This document shows positions 13,080-26,320 of a stretch of 64,000 nucleotides of DNA, in pieces (the first letter of the stretch is position 1; each line of letters begins with the position of its first letter). Position numbers and translations under genes: made by a program. The notes below the pieces were generated by a model that worked only from the letters and a program-made list of their open reading frames with translations, ran no database searches and was not told the DNA's origin. The stretch is from the human T2T-CHM13v2.0 reference genome, Homo sapiens. The DNA is taken from assembly GCF_009914755.1 (NCBI RefSeq), contig NC_060936.1; one strand, given 5' to 3'.

Positions 13080-13242
13080 CTAAATTAGAGGTCTGCATTT
13101 GTATCTAAAGTGTTTTAAGTGTTAGAAAAATGGAAAAATACTGCTCTTTCTACATCTCTGAAGTTATCAAAGAATTAATTCTTGCAGTTTCCTTGATTAC
13201 TTGAGAACACTGTCCCTGCCTTAGGGTTCTGTTCGATAGTGA

Positions 13243-14170
13243 CTCATTCATTCATTCACTCATTCATTGCCTTGGTCTTTTCTCTCAGTTCTTCCAGAAA
13301 GCAGAGACCAAGATAAGAATTTATGTGCAGAAATGTTGTTTGGAAAGTCAGTTCAGGAAACAGAACAGGAAGACCAGGAAGGAGGCAAAGCCAATACGAG
13401 AGTGTCTTCTCAGACGTTTCACCACTGTGGGAAACTGGACTCAATCCCACAGGGTCCTTCTGATGAGCCACATAGAGTGCACCCCAGAATTGTCCACTGG
13501 AGAAAGGGATCACTTATTTACCAGCTCCGTCTTTCATTGGTCCAGGGCTGTCCTTTTGAGTACTGACTGTCCTGTGCTTTCATATTGTTCATAAGTGAAT
13601 AGAAGACAGAGTCCTGCATCACAGTATTATAGAAGCCCAGAGGCTGATATCAAGAGACACATGATATAACAGAAGCAAGTTGCTGCCAGGTTATACCTGT
13701 GCAAAAATGGCTGCCACAGAAATGGCCAGAGTAAATGGTGAGCTGACAGATGTGCAATACATTCATTTAGTATCTATTGAGAGTGACACTACAAAGAAAC
13801 TATGGGGAAACTAAACACAAGTAGATCATTCCAATGATAAGTAATGTGTTAGGGACACAACAGGGATAAGAGAGGAAACAACCTTCGGCATACGATTGTG
13901 TCTGCCATGTATGCTCTTGGACCTTGGCTGTAAATTACCAGGGTAATGATGGAATGGAATTAGAGAGGAACACAAACTAGTGGGAAGAATGTTTGCTGAC
14001 AGCAAATAGAGTACCCAGTGGAGAAGCCTGGAATAGATCTGCAAAGAGGGATGGTGAGACCACAGCAGCAGGGCTGGGTTTGAATCACTGATGGGAGTCA
14101 GGAGAGGAAATTAGAAGCAGTCCACATTTATAGGAGATATTAAAGAAAAACATGGGGAAAAGGGATTTTA
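13243..14170 (-). mobile_element. L2 fragment interrupted by an LTR16
   Basis: (CATT)n L2 tail at 13243-13268; L2 text resumes at ~13757 (acattcatttagtatctattgag). Confidence 0.6.
13269..13755 (-). mobile_element. LTR16-family (ERVL) solo LTR
   Basis: 'ccagaaagcagagaccaagataagaatttatgtgcag...ggaaggaggcaaagccaatac...ccactgtgggaaactggactcaatccc' matches antisense LTR16. Confidence 0.75.
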
Positions 14171-14285
14171 AGAGATTCTGCTGTATATGAATTGAAATCA
14201 CATTTGGTGTTTTCAAGAAACCATGGTAGAGATACCATTTGGGTTTTTTTTTTCAATTTTAATTTCACAACTTTTTTTGGAGTGA

Positions 14286-15252
14286 TTTTTTTATTATACT
14301 TTAAGTTCTGGGGTTCATGTGCACAACGTGCAGGTTTGTTACATAGGCATACATGTGCCATGTTGGTTTGCTGCACCCATCAACTCGTCGTTTACATTAA
14401 GTATTTATCCTAATGCTATCCCTCCCCCAGCCCCCACCCCCTGACAGGCCCCTCCCTGTGTCCATGTGTTCTCATTGTTCAACTCCCACTTATGAGTGAG
14501 AACATGCAGTGTTTGGTTTTCTGTTCCTGTGTATGTTTGCTGAGAATGATGGTTTCCAGCTTCATCCATGTCCCTGCAAAGGACATGAACTCATCCTTTT
14601 TTATGGCTCAGAGTATTCCATGGTGTATATGTGCCATATTTTCTTTATCCAGTCTATTATTGGTGGGCATTTGGGTTGGTTCCAAGTCTTTGCTGTTGTG
14701 AATAGTGCCACAATAAACATACATGTGCAAGTGTCTTTATAGTAGCATGATTTATAATCCTCTGGGTATATACACAGTAATGGGATTGCTGGGTCAAATG
14801 GTATTTCTAGTTCTAGATTCTTGAGGAATCGCCACACTGTCTTCCACAATGGTTGAACTAATTTACACTCCCACCAACCGTGTAAAAGCGTTCCTATTTC
14901 TCCATATCCTCTCCAGCATGTTTCCTGACTTTTTAAGGATCGCCATTCTAACTGGTGTGAGATGGTATCTCATTGTAGTTTTGATTTGCATTTCTCTAAT
15001 GACCAGTGATGATGAGCATTTTTTCTATGCCTGTTGGCTGCATAAATGTCTTCTTTTGAGAAGTGTCTGTTCATATTCTTTGCCCACTTTTTGATGGGGT
15101 TGTTTGTTTTTTTCTTGTAAATTTGTTTAAGTTCTTTGTAGATTCTGGATATTAGCCCTTTGTCAGATGGGTAGATTGCAAAAATTTTCTCCCATTCCAT
15201 AGGTTGCCTGTTTACTCTGCTGATAGTTTCTTTTGCTCTGCAGAAGCTTTTT
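14286..15252 (-). mobile_element. 5'-truncated L1PA (about L1PA5-7)
   Basis: 'ttttttattatactttaagttctgggg' followed by antisense 3' UTR and ORF2 end ([25 protein letters not shown]). Confidence 0.95.
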
Positions 15253-15403
15253 TGTATAAATTTCTTTTTCCTATAATAACGCTGTACAAGGAAGAGTCTT
15301 GAATTAAGGATAGAAAGAATGGGTGTGAAATAATTAGACTAGACCTTAAGTCACCATTGTCATATTCTACATTTGTCTCCTTTAAAAGTATTGTATTGAC
15401 AAC

Positions 15404-15723
15404 TGCAGTGGATGCTGTGCTGTGCTGTCCAAATCCTCCTCTAGAAATGGAGCTTTTATTCCCCTAGGTGCCTGGATTGCTGTCAGAAGGTGGACCTCAG
15501 CTCTCAGCTCCTTCTAGGGACTGGCTTGGCTCAGGGAGCCACCTCACACAGTCACACATCATGGTCACAATGGCCTACATCCAGTGATTTTCAATGTGGG
15601 GTATAAAGTCCCAGGCCCATCACCCAACTAGGAACAATTCTCAAGGGTCATCCAGCTTCCAAACTCTGTAGGATTGGCTGAGTCCTCAGAGGAGATGGCA
15701 TCACAACTCAACTTCTTCCACTG
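15404..15723 (+). mobile_element. LTR16A-like LTR fragment
   Basis: Starts 'tgcagtggatgctgtgctgtgctgtccaaatcc' and contains the 'ggtataaagtcccaggccc' TATA region. Confidence 0.75.
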
Positions 15724-16324
15724 TTCATAACATCATAATTTGCTATTTGTCATACTAATGCATAAAATACATATTAATTTTACCTTAAAAATATTTTTTG
15801 ATATTCTGCCTCAATGTGCTAAAATAAATGTTCATTTTTCGTAAAAGAAATAAAACTTTCTTCCTGTCTATCTTCCTTTCTATTTAGAATCACTTCATAG
15901 CTGAATGGATCTTCATTTGCTTTCAAAAGGAGGCCCTACTTCAACCAGTCTTCCACCTCACTGCCTCACATGCAGGCCACGCTCACCGCTGCTTTCAAAC
16001 TCTTGTCCACTCAGTGTCTTTCCTTCAACCCAAATTTCATTCTCAGTTTATTGAAATTCTGTTCATTCTTTATGGCTCACTTCATTTTCATCCCCCTTTG
16101 TAATTCCTTTTCTGACATCTATTTTCTTTGCTCTTTCTCTTCTCTGAAATTATAAGTAGCCATTTCCTATGGTGTGCAATAACACTTCCTCAACGTGTTT
16201 TTGGATTTTACTTTCTTATGTGTATATCGGCCTATTCAAATAGATGGCAAAGTCTTAGAGCAGAAGCCAAGGTGGGTTCTTCTTTGTACTCACTATGGTA
16301 TGCCACCATAGTACTGGGTAGTAA

Positions 16325-16570
16325 CTATCATCTATCATTTATTAAGCATTTAGTTTTTGCCAGATACAGTGCTTAGCACTTTCCACATATTAACCCATTT
16401 AATTTTTACAAATACCTAGTGAGACTTATGCTACTATTATCCTTGTTTGGCAGTTGAGAAAACTGAGTCTTAGAGAGATAAAGAAATTGTTTAAGATGAC
16501 AGAGATGGAAATGGCAGAGATTGGTCTATCTCACTGCCAAGCCATAGTTCTGAATTACTCTACCACATGC
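16325..16570 (-). mobile_element. MIR
   Basis: MIR core 'attatccttgtttggcagttgagaaaactgagtcttagagag'. Confidence 0.85.
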
Positions 16571-16789
16571 TCCCTATGCATTCAACAAGGTGTCATGAAT
16601 CAACTGATCTAAACCTAAATCACAAAGCATGGGATTTGTTTGTGAGGGTCTAAAGAATAAGATAAACCTTTAGTCCCATGGGGTATATCATTTATTTTTT
16701 CAATGTTTAGTAGCACCAGTGAGAAATCAGCTGTGAACAGCATAATAGACTTCTTGCTATTGCTTCTTTGTACTAAAGTTGGCATCAAG

Positions 16790-16905
16790 TCATTCATTTA
16801 CTCCCCAGATGTAATTTGGCATCACTACGTAGAGTTTAGTCATCATGGAGACATCAAAATATTAGTCATGTCCCCCAAGAAGCTCACATTATAAATAAAG
16901 ACACG
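16790..16905 (-). mobile_element. L2 3' fragment
   Basis: cattcatttactc...gtcccccaagaagctcacattata. Confidence 0.5.
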
Positions 16906-18824
16906 ATGGAGCTCACAGACATCTGTGCGCTGCAGAGCTAAGATTTCCTAGGAGAGACATGATACTGAAATCATGACTCATGCATTTAGAAATCACAAAT
17001 GTAATTACATTCATCAGCACTCTTTCACATTTGCTGTTTTTGAGTATCAAACAGAGCTTACCAGAGAAGAAAATACAACAATCTGAAAAGAGAATTCAGA
17101 AACACATCATGCTCAAATTATCATACTTCAGTGGATCACATGTGATCATGGGATTTGTGTCACTTCAGCCTATAAAACAGATCTTGCCCAGCTCTAAAAT
17201 ATAGCTTAAAGTAGCCATGGCCAGAAAAGATCGAGACCTCCATTTTACCATAAACATTTATGTGAATTTGGTTCTCTCTGCATATTTTATTTTTAAAAAA
17301 TTTAAATTATTACCAAAACCAAATAAATAGTCCCTAAAGTGAAATCATGCTCATGTCATTGTCTAATGGGTAATTTATTGTACTAAAGGTTTGGAGGGGA
17401 AAAACAGCGACAACGACAACTAAAGAATTGAAGACAGCTCATGTAGCTTATCAGGTTCAATGTCCATGCAAATATTCTCTTTACCATGATGTCACAATAT
17501 TTTTAAATACATATAGATATAAGTAGCAACATGCTTTCTGGTTTCTAAAACAATTTTTCTTCTTGTTATCCTAGGGTTTCACAAATAAGTGGTAAGATAC
17601 AATACATAGGACTACTCTGTGGAACTTTTGAAAATTGTGTCTGTTTGCTAGAAGGTCACATGTCTTGTCCAAATCAAGAATTGAAAGAATATCTGGTCTA
17701 CTGATCCATCTTTTGCTATATCGGGGAAATATTCTTTAAATAACTACTTTAGTGAAGAAAGATGTCTGATATTTTTGTCCTTCATTTTAACTCTAACACT
17801 GTAATTTTCATCACAAGTAAATGAATTGAGAATTTCAAATAACTTATAGCTTCCACAATCAAGTCTTTTCAACTGACTCACTTGTATCATTTACCTCGCC
17901 ATGATCCTTTCATTACTGTGAAAACATTTTCAATTTTGCCTTCCAGTTGTTGATTGAGAGTGTTACATCTTGGGGGAAAAATGCCACATAATACAACTTT
18001 GTGAACTAATCTTTATCATTAGCATAAGCAATATATTCACACATCCAGATTTTTGGCCCTTTTCTTGTTGTCATATCATGGAGAAGACTAGGATAGTTCT
18101 CTCAGCTAATGTAGTAAACATCTCTACTCTGGAGTAAACTTCCAAAATCATTTCTGTTTTAGTTTACATTTATCACAGGAGATATAGACAACTGTTTGAT
18201 TGTTTTATGTTACCTTCTTCCCATTAATTTACCATTTACCAACCTATTTAATGCAAGAGCTCAGACTTGGCTGATGCAAATCAATGACTTTTTAAAAACT
18301 TTGTCCCTCTGGTGTTTTGTGTGTAATGGAGTAGGGGTATTAGGATACTTCCATATTGCAGAATCAAAAACTATATTACCTTTCTAATCAAATAAAAGAA
18401 AAATGTACTTTTAGAATAAAAAATAGTTAACTTTTTTTAAAGAACGAAAGAAAAAATGCATACTGGCACCCTATTTAATGTTTATCCCCAACAGAATTGC
18501 CTTCACAGAAAGGTATTTTGATGCTTCGAGACAGTCTTGTTACTGGAAGCTGACTCTACCAAAAAGGCATGTATTTGACATTATGGAAGACTCACCCAGA
18601 TTAAAAAGACTAAAGAATCAGATTTGGAGAAGTTCCAAAAGGCCTTGATAGCAGCAATTGATAAACTGATTAGCACTCTCAGACACTGCAGTGAATTAGC
18701 TCTAACCATTTTTTGGTTGTGTTATCACCATGCATGCTTCAGAGAGGGAGAGTCTAATTGGTTTATCTTAGGTTAACTTGCGTTCACCCCCTTGATGAGG
18801 CAGAGGGTAAAAACTTTCCCCAAA

Positions 18825-19275
18825 CTTGTATTTTGTCTTTCTTCCTTTCTAAAACAGAACTCCAGAGATTTAGCTGTATACAGGCTCTGCACCTAGAGAC
18901 TTTATTTCCTTTGCAACCAGGTGTGAGCATGTGACTTAGTTCTAGTCAATAGGATGTGAACAAAAAAATGTTCACAACTGTCAGGTTCTCATAAAGATAA
19001 AGTCACCTTCCCAGGCCTTGTTTTTCTCTGTCCCACATACAGAAACATGAACATGTGGAACAGGTTAGCGGTGTCCAGTGTTGTTACAGTAAGCGAAACA
19101 GTAGCCTGGGGATGGCGGAGCAACAATATGGAAGGATCAGGATCCTAGAATGACTTTCTGTAGCAAAGCTGATCTGCCAACTTGAAATGGCAAGTATTAT
19201 GAGAGAGAGAAATGAACTCCTACCTCATTTACTTTGAAGTTTCTTTGTTATATCTGGTTACCTTAACTACTATAC
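18825..19275 (+). mobile_element. Old LTR (LTR33/MLT1J-like)
   Basis: 'ccaggtgtgagcatgtgacttagttctagtcaataggatg' and a 'gagagagaaatgaact' polyA-signal region. Confidence 0.65.
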
Positions 19276-20089
19276 CCCACATAAGGAGGATAAGGACACC
19301 AGATTTGCTGACTGTTCTTAAAAGGAGACAATCATTTCTTCAAAAGAATTAGAAACCAAGAACCACTCCCTAAAATGGAATTCATTTTGGGCAACTGAAA
19401 CAATGAATCCAGTACAGCTTTCACAATATATAATAAATATATTGTGCAGCTTTCATAGAAATAGGCAAGTCAAACCGATTACTGTGTTTGCCTGAAGATT
19501 ATTTTGAGGACTTTATCCATGACATCACTCACTTTTCCCTAAAGTGACCCTTACAACATTTTGTTTACAATGAAATGCTCAGAGAAGTTTTTATTCCCCT
19601 GAGAAAGTGATCTGATTTTGATTTTGACCAAAAAACTACGTGCATGAAAATGTTTCCCTGTTCATTCTGTACCAAGAAGTTTAGAGTTGAATTTACAGTT
19701 CAGGTACCTCTTATACTGCTTCTTATGGTATGCAAAGTAGTGTCCTTTTTAAGTTTTAGCCTTGGATTCTTAACCTAAGTTTTATTATTCTGGATTTTGA
19801 CTTTTAAACTTTTATATTTTAGCATTTTATTTTATATGCTTTTATTGCCCCCAGATTCAACTACTAAAAAAGATTGGTGGACTATAAATAAATGAGAAAA
19901 TAATTCAAAAAACAGAATATTCATAATTTTAAAAGATATACATTCAACTTTTTCTAATTTTTCAGGGAACTTATGTATATTTTATTAATCACTACCAAGT
20001 TCCCATTCTCTTTCCGAAGTTTCTATATGTTTTCTTGATTCTCTTCTCCCTCAATCTTTAATTACAGTCATTTAGCCTTATGTTAGGAG

Positions 20090-20420
20090 CAAAGTGGGAT
20101 CCAGGTTTTGTGGGGCCTAAAGCTTATACAACGTTGGAGACTCTACTAAATGCACAACTAGGACTAAGTGAATATTTATGTAGAACGAGATATGAAATAA
20201 TAACCACAAATAAGTTAAAAAGAAATTAAAAAGAAACCGCAGCCACAAGCACAATGAAATCTGCAGAAAATATTATTAAACTGCCTACACTATGTTCATG
20301 CAAGTATATTTTCAAACTGTTGATAGCTGTAAACAATATTGTGCTTGTTTTTTTCTCATTTAATACTCCATCATTATTTTCCTATGACATTTAGGATTTA
20401 TTTTTAAGTAGAAATAATTT
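20090..20420. mobile_element. hAT DNA transposon terminal fragment (MER53-related end)
   Basis: 'ggatccaggttttgtggggcctaaagcttatacaa' is a MER53-type terminus. Confidence 0.7.
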
Positions 20421-20449
20421 ACTCTTAAAAGATTTGAAATAAAAACCCC

Positions 20450-21262
20450 CAAAACAAAACAGATGCTTGCAAGGATAAGGGGAAAAGAAAACGCTTGTAC
20501 ATTGTTGGTGGGAGTGTAAATCAGTATGACCTCTATGGAAAACGGTATGAAAAGCTTTCAAAGAACTAAAAATAGAGCTACCATAGGATGCAGCAATCCC
20601 ACTACTGGGTATCTATTCAAAGAAAAAGAAATCAATATATCAAAGGAATACCTGCATTCACATGTTTATTGCAGCATTATTCACAATAGCAAAGATATGG
20701 AATTAAGTGCCCAGCAACAGACTAATAGATAAAGAAAATGTGGTACATATACAAAATGGAATACTATTTGGTCATAAAAAAGAATAAAATCATGTTATTT
20801 GCAGCAATGTGGATGAAACTGGAAGCCATTATGTTAAGTGAAATAAGCCAGCCACAGAAAGACAAATACCTCATGTTCTCATAAGTGGGAGCGAAAAAAC
20901 TTGATCTCAGGGACATAAAGAAAGAACAATAGATAACAAAGACTGAGAAGCATGGATGCATGGGAGTGGGAACTGAAAAGATGCTGGTCATGGGTACAAA
21001 CATACAGTTAAATAGAAGAAATAAGTTCTAATGTTTGATATCAGACTAGGGCACCTATAGTTAGCAACAATATTATGTATATTTCTCAAAGCAACTAAAA
21101 AAGAGCACTTTGAAATGATGCCAACACATAAAAATGATAAATACTCAAGTTGATGGATGCCCCAATTACCCAATTACATGCAAGGAATGTGTGATTGACT
21201 ATCAGACACTCACATGCATTCCATAAATATGTAAATTCTTATATGCCAATAAAAGAAAAAAG
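20450..21262 (+). mobile_element. L1MA (about L1MA4) 3' end
   Basis: End of ORF2 plus 3' UTR 'gggtacaaacatacagttaaatagaagaaataagttc'; AATAAA and an A tail at ~21248-21262. Confidence 0.9.
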
Positions 21263-21329
21263 ATTCAAAAATAAAATATAATTTTTATGTGTTTAAAAAT
21301 GAAATTCAATTTAAAAACTCGTTAAAATT

Positions 21330-22700
21330 GAAAACAAACTGAAATGAATACATCTGTGGATCAAATTTGTGATATAACTACACGCTAAAGACAAGTAGAG
21401 CTATTGCAATCCCTACTAAATGGAACCAGAATTCCTTGAGAAAATGGCTAATTCTAGTTCTGGGGCAGAAAACATACAACATGAGTCTAGGATGTGCCTC
21501 AAAAGAGAAAAGTTTCAAGGACTGATGGAGTTGTATCAATTGGTCATGGAAGCAAACATAAAGGATCTCCATTGATCAACGATGAGAAAAATTGAATAAA
21601 AATTAATGGAAGTAATTGAAAGCAATTAAATAAAGCAAATTTTCTATGTTCATAATGACGGAGAGAGGAAGAGAGAGATGGAGAGGGAGAAAGGTCAAAA
21701 TTTAAAACTCAGTAAACATCATTGGAAATAACTAGAGTACCAAGTACTAGTTACAGAATGGATAATTTAACATAAAGAACTGAATATTTATTTTGCCATG
21801 AATATAAACTATATTTCAAGAAAAATAGTCATAGTTGATGAAAGAATGATATTCTTTATAAAGTAATTCCATCTAAAAAAATTTAAGAAGCATAATAGAA
21901 TTAGAAAATTACCCCCAATGAAGAAATTAAATCAGGAAACTATCATAAAGGACTGTAGACATCATATCAAAGATTGATATAAAATATTAAAATAGAAGGA
22001 CCAGATTGTCACCACCTGAAATCACTGATCAATCTCAGCATCACTAAATTGGGAACAACCAAATATTTCAGGCCTTTGATGTGATACCAGTTGAAGCATA
22101 CAACACCACCTCTAAACATTCTTGGCAAAAATGTTGAGCCTAAATCTAATAAAAACTCTGGAAGTAATTTCCATTTTGAGAAAATATGGGAGGTGGAGGC
22201 ACATGTTAACTCCATGAGGAATCAAGCAGACAAATTCAGAGTGTGGAACATTCTACAGGGCAACTATTTTGTTTCTGTAACAAGTAAATTGTACAAAAGA
22301 GGAAAAAAGAGATGAGTGGAAAGTGGGCTAAATTTAAGTTGGTGTAAGGGCTGCATCAAATGTAATATGTGATCTTATTTGGATACTGTTTCAAGCAAAC
22401 TAACTGTTAAAAAGGCACTTTTTATAATTGAGAAAATTTACTTACGGACATTATGTTACCTCAAATAATTATTTTTACTTTCCTATTTTACTTTCCTATA
22501 AATGATCATTGCATTGTCATTGTATAAAAATGCAATGTTTTTTACTTGTATAATGGAGGATGTAGGGATAAAAGAACATGATGTATAGAATTCACTTTTA
22601 AATACTTCAGTAGAGAAGAAAAGGAGACTAGATGAAGCAAATTAATTGTTAAATTTGTTGATAAGTATATGAAAGTTCATTGATTATATATGAAAAATTT
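21330..22700 (+). mobile_element. Old L1 (L1MC/L1ME) 3' UTR
   Basis: 'tggaaccagaattccttgagaaatggct' and 'atgaggaatcaagcagacaaattcagagtgtggaacattcta'. Confidence 0.7.
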
Positions 22701-23060
22701 ATATTTTATAAGTCTGGCTTAAAATGCCATGAGACCAAATGTTTTAAAATAAATGGTTATTTTGGTATTCAAACAATACATTTTTACTGTATATAATATT
22801 AAAGTAAAAATAAAATTAAAATCATCTGAAATCTGTTCATGGAGAAATTACTATTGTTGACAACTGGATTTCATATTTACATAAATAAAATATTACAAAA
22901 TAAAAATAAAATGAAGTTTTTAACTTGCTAGTATCCATTAAATCAATACCATCGTATATATACAATATGAAATTATCACCCCATAAAGAACTATTAAGAA
23001 AAAGCTTATTTAAAATGCTGAATTACCATTACATATACATTATGTTATGATAATTTCTAT

Positions 23061-23977
23061 TGTTATGGTTTCTTTCTAATTGGTCTTGAGGCCTAGAGAG
23101 GCCTAAAGCCAAGATAAACATTTGCTAGGAGAGCCCTGATAGGGGAAAGTTAAGTTCAAGTGTGTGTTTCAGGTGACACACAATGAAGAAGTAAAACCAA
23201 AATGCATGAAACAGATCAAATTTATTACTCACTGGCCCCAGAGTGATTCAGTGTGCCAACAAGAGGCTGACTGGGAGATGTGGAGGTGGCAGGGAGCTGG
23301 AGCTGTGGAGTAGAGGAAGACATGTTGAGAGAGAGAGAGAGACCTGGAAACTATGCCTTTATTAAGGTCCAGGGTGTTATCCCTTAGGCTTTCCCATGGG
23401 AATTGCGGATTGGCTAGTTTAAGGAAAATATTTATTTATTTATTTTAGAGATAGCATCTCGCTCTGTCACCCAGGCTGGAGTGCAGTGGCGCGACCTCGG
23501 TTCACTGAAACCTCCGTCTCCCGAGTTCAAGCAATTATCCTACCTCAACCTCCCGAGTAGCTGGGATTACAAGCACGTGCCACCTCACCCCGCTAATTTT
23601 TGTATTTTTAGTAGAGTCAGGGTTTCACCATGTTGGCCAGGCTGGTCTTGAAGTCCTGACCTCAGATGATCCGCCTGCCTCAGCTTCCCAAAGTGTTGGG
23701 ATTACAGACGTGAGCCACTGCGTGTGGCCGGGGAGAACTTACTGGCATGACTCTAGAGTTGACCATTAGGTTTTCTCGTGGTCGGGAGCTGTGAAATATT
23801 TTCGGCTTTGGATCACTGAGATGAGGAACAATGGGCTATATCACAAACAGCTGCACAGGAAGGAAGAAATTTTAACTAAGCTAAAGGCGACAGGGCACAA
23901 CTGGGTTCAAACAACTTAGGTCAGCCCTAAAAATAGATACTGAGGCAGCAAGTATAGGAAACACCAAATCTATGACA
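23061..23977 (-). mobile_element. ERVL-type solo LTR (MER76-like) interrupted by an Alu
   Basis: TG...CA ends and an antisense polyA signal 'tttattactcac'; about 620 bp once the Alu is removed. Confidence 0.6.
23431..23729 (-). mobile_element. AluS (Sx/Sz-like), full length
   Basis: (TTTA)n tail, both arms present, ends in ggcc. Confidence 0.95.
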
Positions 23978-24119
23978 CATCACTTAGTGGTTAATAGAAT
24001 AAACCTCTCTGCAATGTCTGTTTTTGAATTTATCTTTAGCATATACTTTAGTTTGCCTTACTCATATGTCCTTGATTATTTTTCTTTTGTAACTTTTGAT
24101 AGAAATGGCTTTCAAATAA

Positions 24120-24660
24120 AAATGAATTCAATAAGCATTTATTGAACGCTTACTGTGTGCCAGGTATGAGGGTGGCAGGATGCACTGATAAATTAGATAT
24201 GGTTGCAGTCCACAAGGAGTGAGAGTCTATTAAAGCATGTGGATATAATGAATTTAAACTCTACGATAAAATATGACATGAGCTCTAGCAGATGTTTACC
24301 GAAGGTGATACAGGGCATAGAAGAGGGAGCAATTGACTTTCCCTGGCAAAGTAAAACAAAAACAAAATCCTTCAATTTGTAGGGATGTCTTATGCTGAAT
24401 TTTAAAAGATGATTGAGGTTTGGGTTGGGGATCATAGTGAACGTTGCCCGAATCAAAGTGAAGACGGTAGAGGCAACAAAGGCAGGTTGACATAAAGTCA
24501 AGTTGCAAGGTAAGCACAGCGCCAGGCAGTTCATGATGACAGTAGGGTAGTGAAGGGAATGAGGGGAGTGGGCATGGAAAAGGAGGTTATGGGACATTCA
24601 TAGAGGCAAGACTAGCAGATAGGCACAGCCAGATCTAGAGTAGAACACAAAGGTTAGACT
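24120..24660 (-). mobile_element. L2
   Basis: 'attcaataagcatttattgaacgcttactgtgtgccagg' followed by purine-rich L2 body. Confidence 0.75.
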
Positions 24661-25063
24661 AAAACTTTTTATTGTTACAAATTTACACATGATAGAAAGA
24701 CACAAAAAGGCTAACTAGGAAGTATTTTCTCAGGCTCTTCATGTATATTTTATTTTTTCCCATCTTTAAAATTTAGACACTAGAGGATTTTACTTTCAAT
24801 CCTCAGTAAGAAGGCAGTAATAGATTTAAAAAGACATTCAAGTAAAGGGAGTAAATTTGGACAACCCAGTAAATGCATGCATGAGATTGCCTGTATGAAC
24901 ATGTAATGAGAGTTCTGGAGGCTTTCAGGGCTGTGTCTGTTGGCAGCAACTAAGGAAATGGCAGCACTGTTACAGGCAAAGCAAGCTTGAAGGAACTCAC
25001 TTCTAAGTCTCATGACGGTTTTGGACATGTTGATTTTGATATAAAACTGAACAGTTTTATTAC

Positions 25064-25481
25064 TTTTTCAAAATATTTTTAAGTTCAGGGGTACATGTGG
25101 AGGTTTGCTATATAGGTAAATTTCAGGTCATGGGTAAATTGCATGTCATGTTTAGTGTACAGATTATTTTGTCACCCAGGTAATAAGCATAATATCTGAC
25201 AGGCAGTTTTTCCATCCTCCCCCTCCCCCCACCTGCCACCCTCAATTAGGCCCCAGTGTCTGTTTTTCCCTTCTTTATGTCCGTGTGTACCCATTGTGTA
25301 GCTCCCACTTATAAGAGAGAACAAGCAATATTTGATATTCTTTTTCTGCATAATTTCACTTGGGATAGTGGCCCTCAGCTCCATCCATGGTGCTACAAAG
25401 AATATAATTTTATTTTTTTTATGGCTGGCTGCTTAGTATTCTGTGGACAGACACACGCACACACACACCATGGAATATATA

Positions 25482-25539
<58 letters not shown>

Positions 25540-26320
25540 TATATTCTAATTGGTCTTGAGGTGTCTCTATTGAAGACTAAAGCCAAGATAAACATACACA
25601 CACACACACACACACAAACACACACACCACAGAATACTAAGCAGCCGTAATATGTGGCTTTATTTTCTTTATCCAACCAATTGTTGATGGCCACTAGGTT
25701 GTTTCTATGACTTTGTTATTATGAATAACGCTGCCCTAAACATACTAGTGCAGATGTCTTTTTGATAGAATAATCTCTATTTTTAGTGGGGGTAAATACC
25801 CAGTAGTGAGGCTGCTGGGGTGAAGGGTAGGTCTATTTTTAGTTCTTTGAGAAATCTCCATACTGTTTTCCATGCGGTTTGAACTAATTTATATTCCCAC
25901 CAACACTGTATAAGCATTCCCTTTTCTCTGCCACCTTGCTAGCATCTGTATATTTTGACTTTTTAATAATAGCCATTCTGACTGGTGGGAGTTGGTATCT
26001 CATTGTGGTTTTTATTTGCATTTCTCTAATGATCAGTGATGTTGAGCTTTTTTGCATATGCTTGTTGACCATGTGTATGTCTTCTTTTGAGAAGTGTCTG
26101 TTCATGTCCTTTGCCCACTTTTTAATGGGGTTGTTTGCTTTTGCTTGTAAATTTGTTTAAACTCCTTATAGATTCTGGATGTTAGACCTTTGTCAGATGC
26201 ATAGTTTGCAAATATTTGCTCCCATTCTGTAGGTTGTCTATTTACTCTGTTGATAGTTTCTTTTGCTGTGCAGAAGCTCTTTAGCTTAATTAGGTCCCAA
26301 TTGTCAATTTTTGTTTTTGT
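25064..26320 (-). mobile_element. 5'-truncated L1PA (about L1PA13-16) with a complex insertion at 25447-25660
   Basis: Antisense 3' UTR 'ttcaggggtacatgtg...gattattttgtcacccagg'; ORF 25884-26105(-) reads [10 protein letters not shown]...[11 protein letters not shown]. Confidence 0.93.
25476..25543. repeat. Palindromic (TG)n(TA)n(CA)n compound microsatellite
   Basis: Directly visible and self-complementary about the TA run. Confidence 0.95.
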
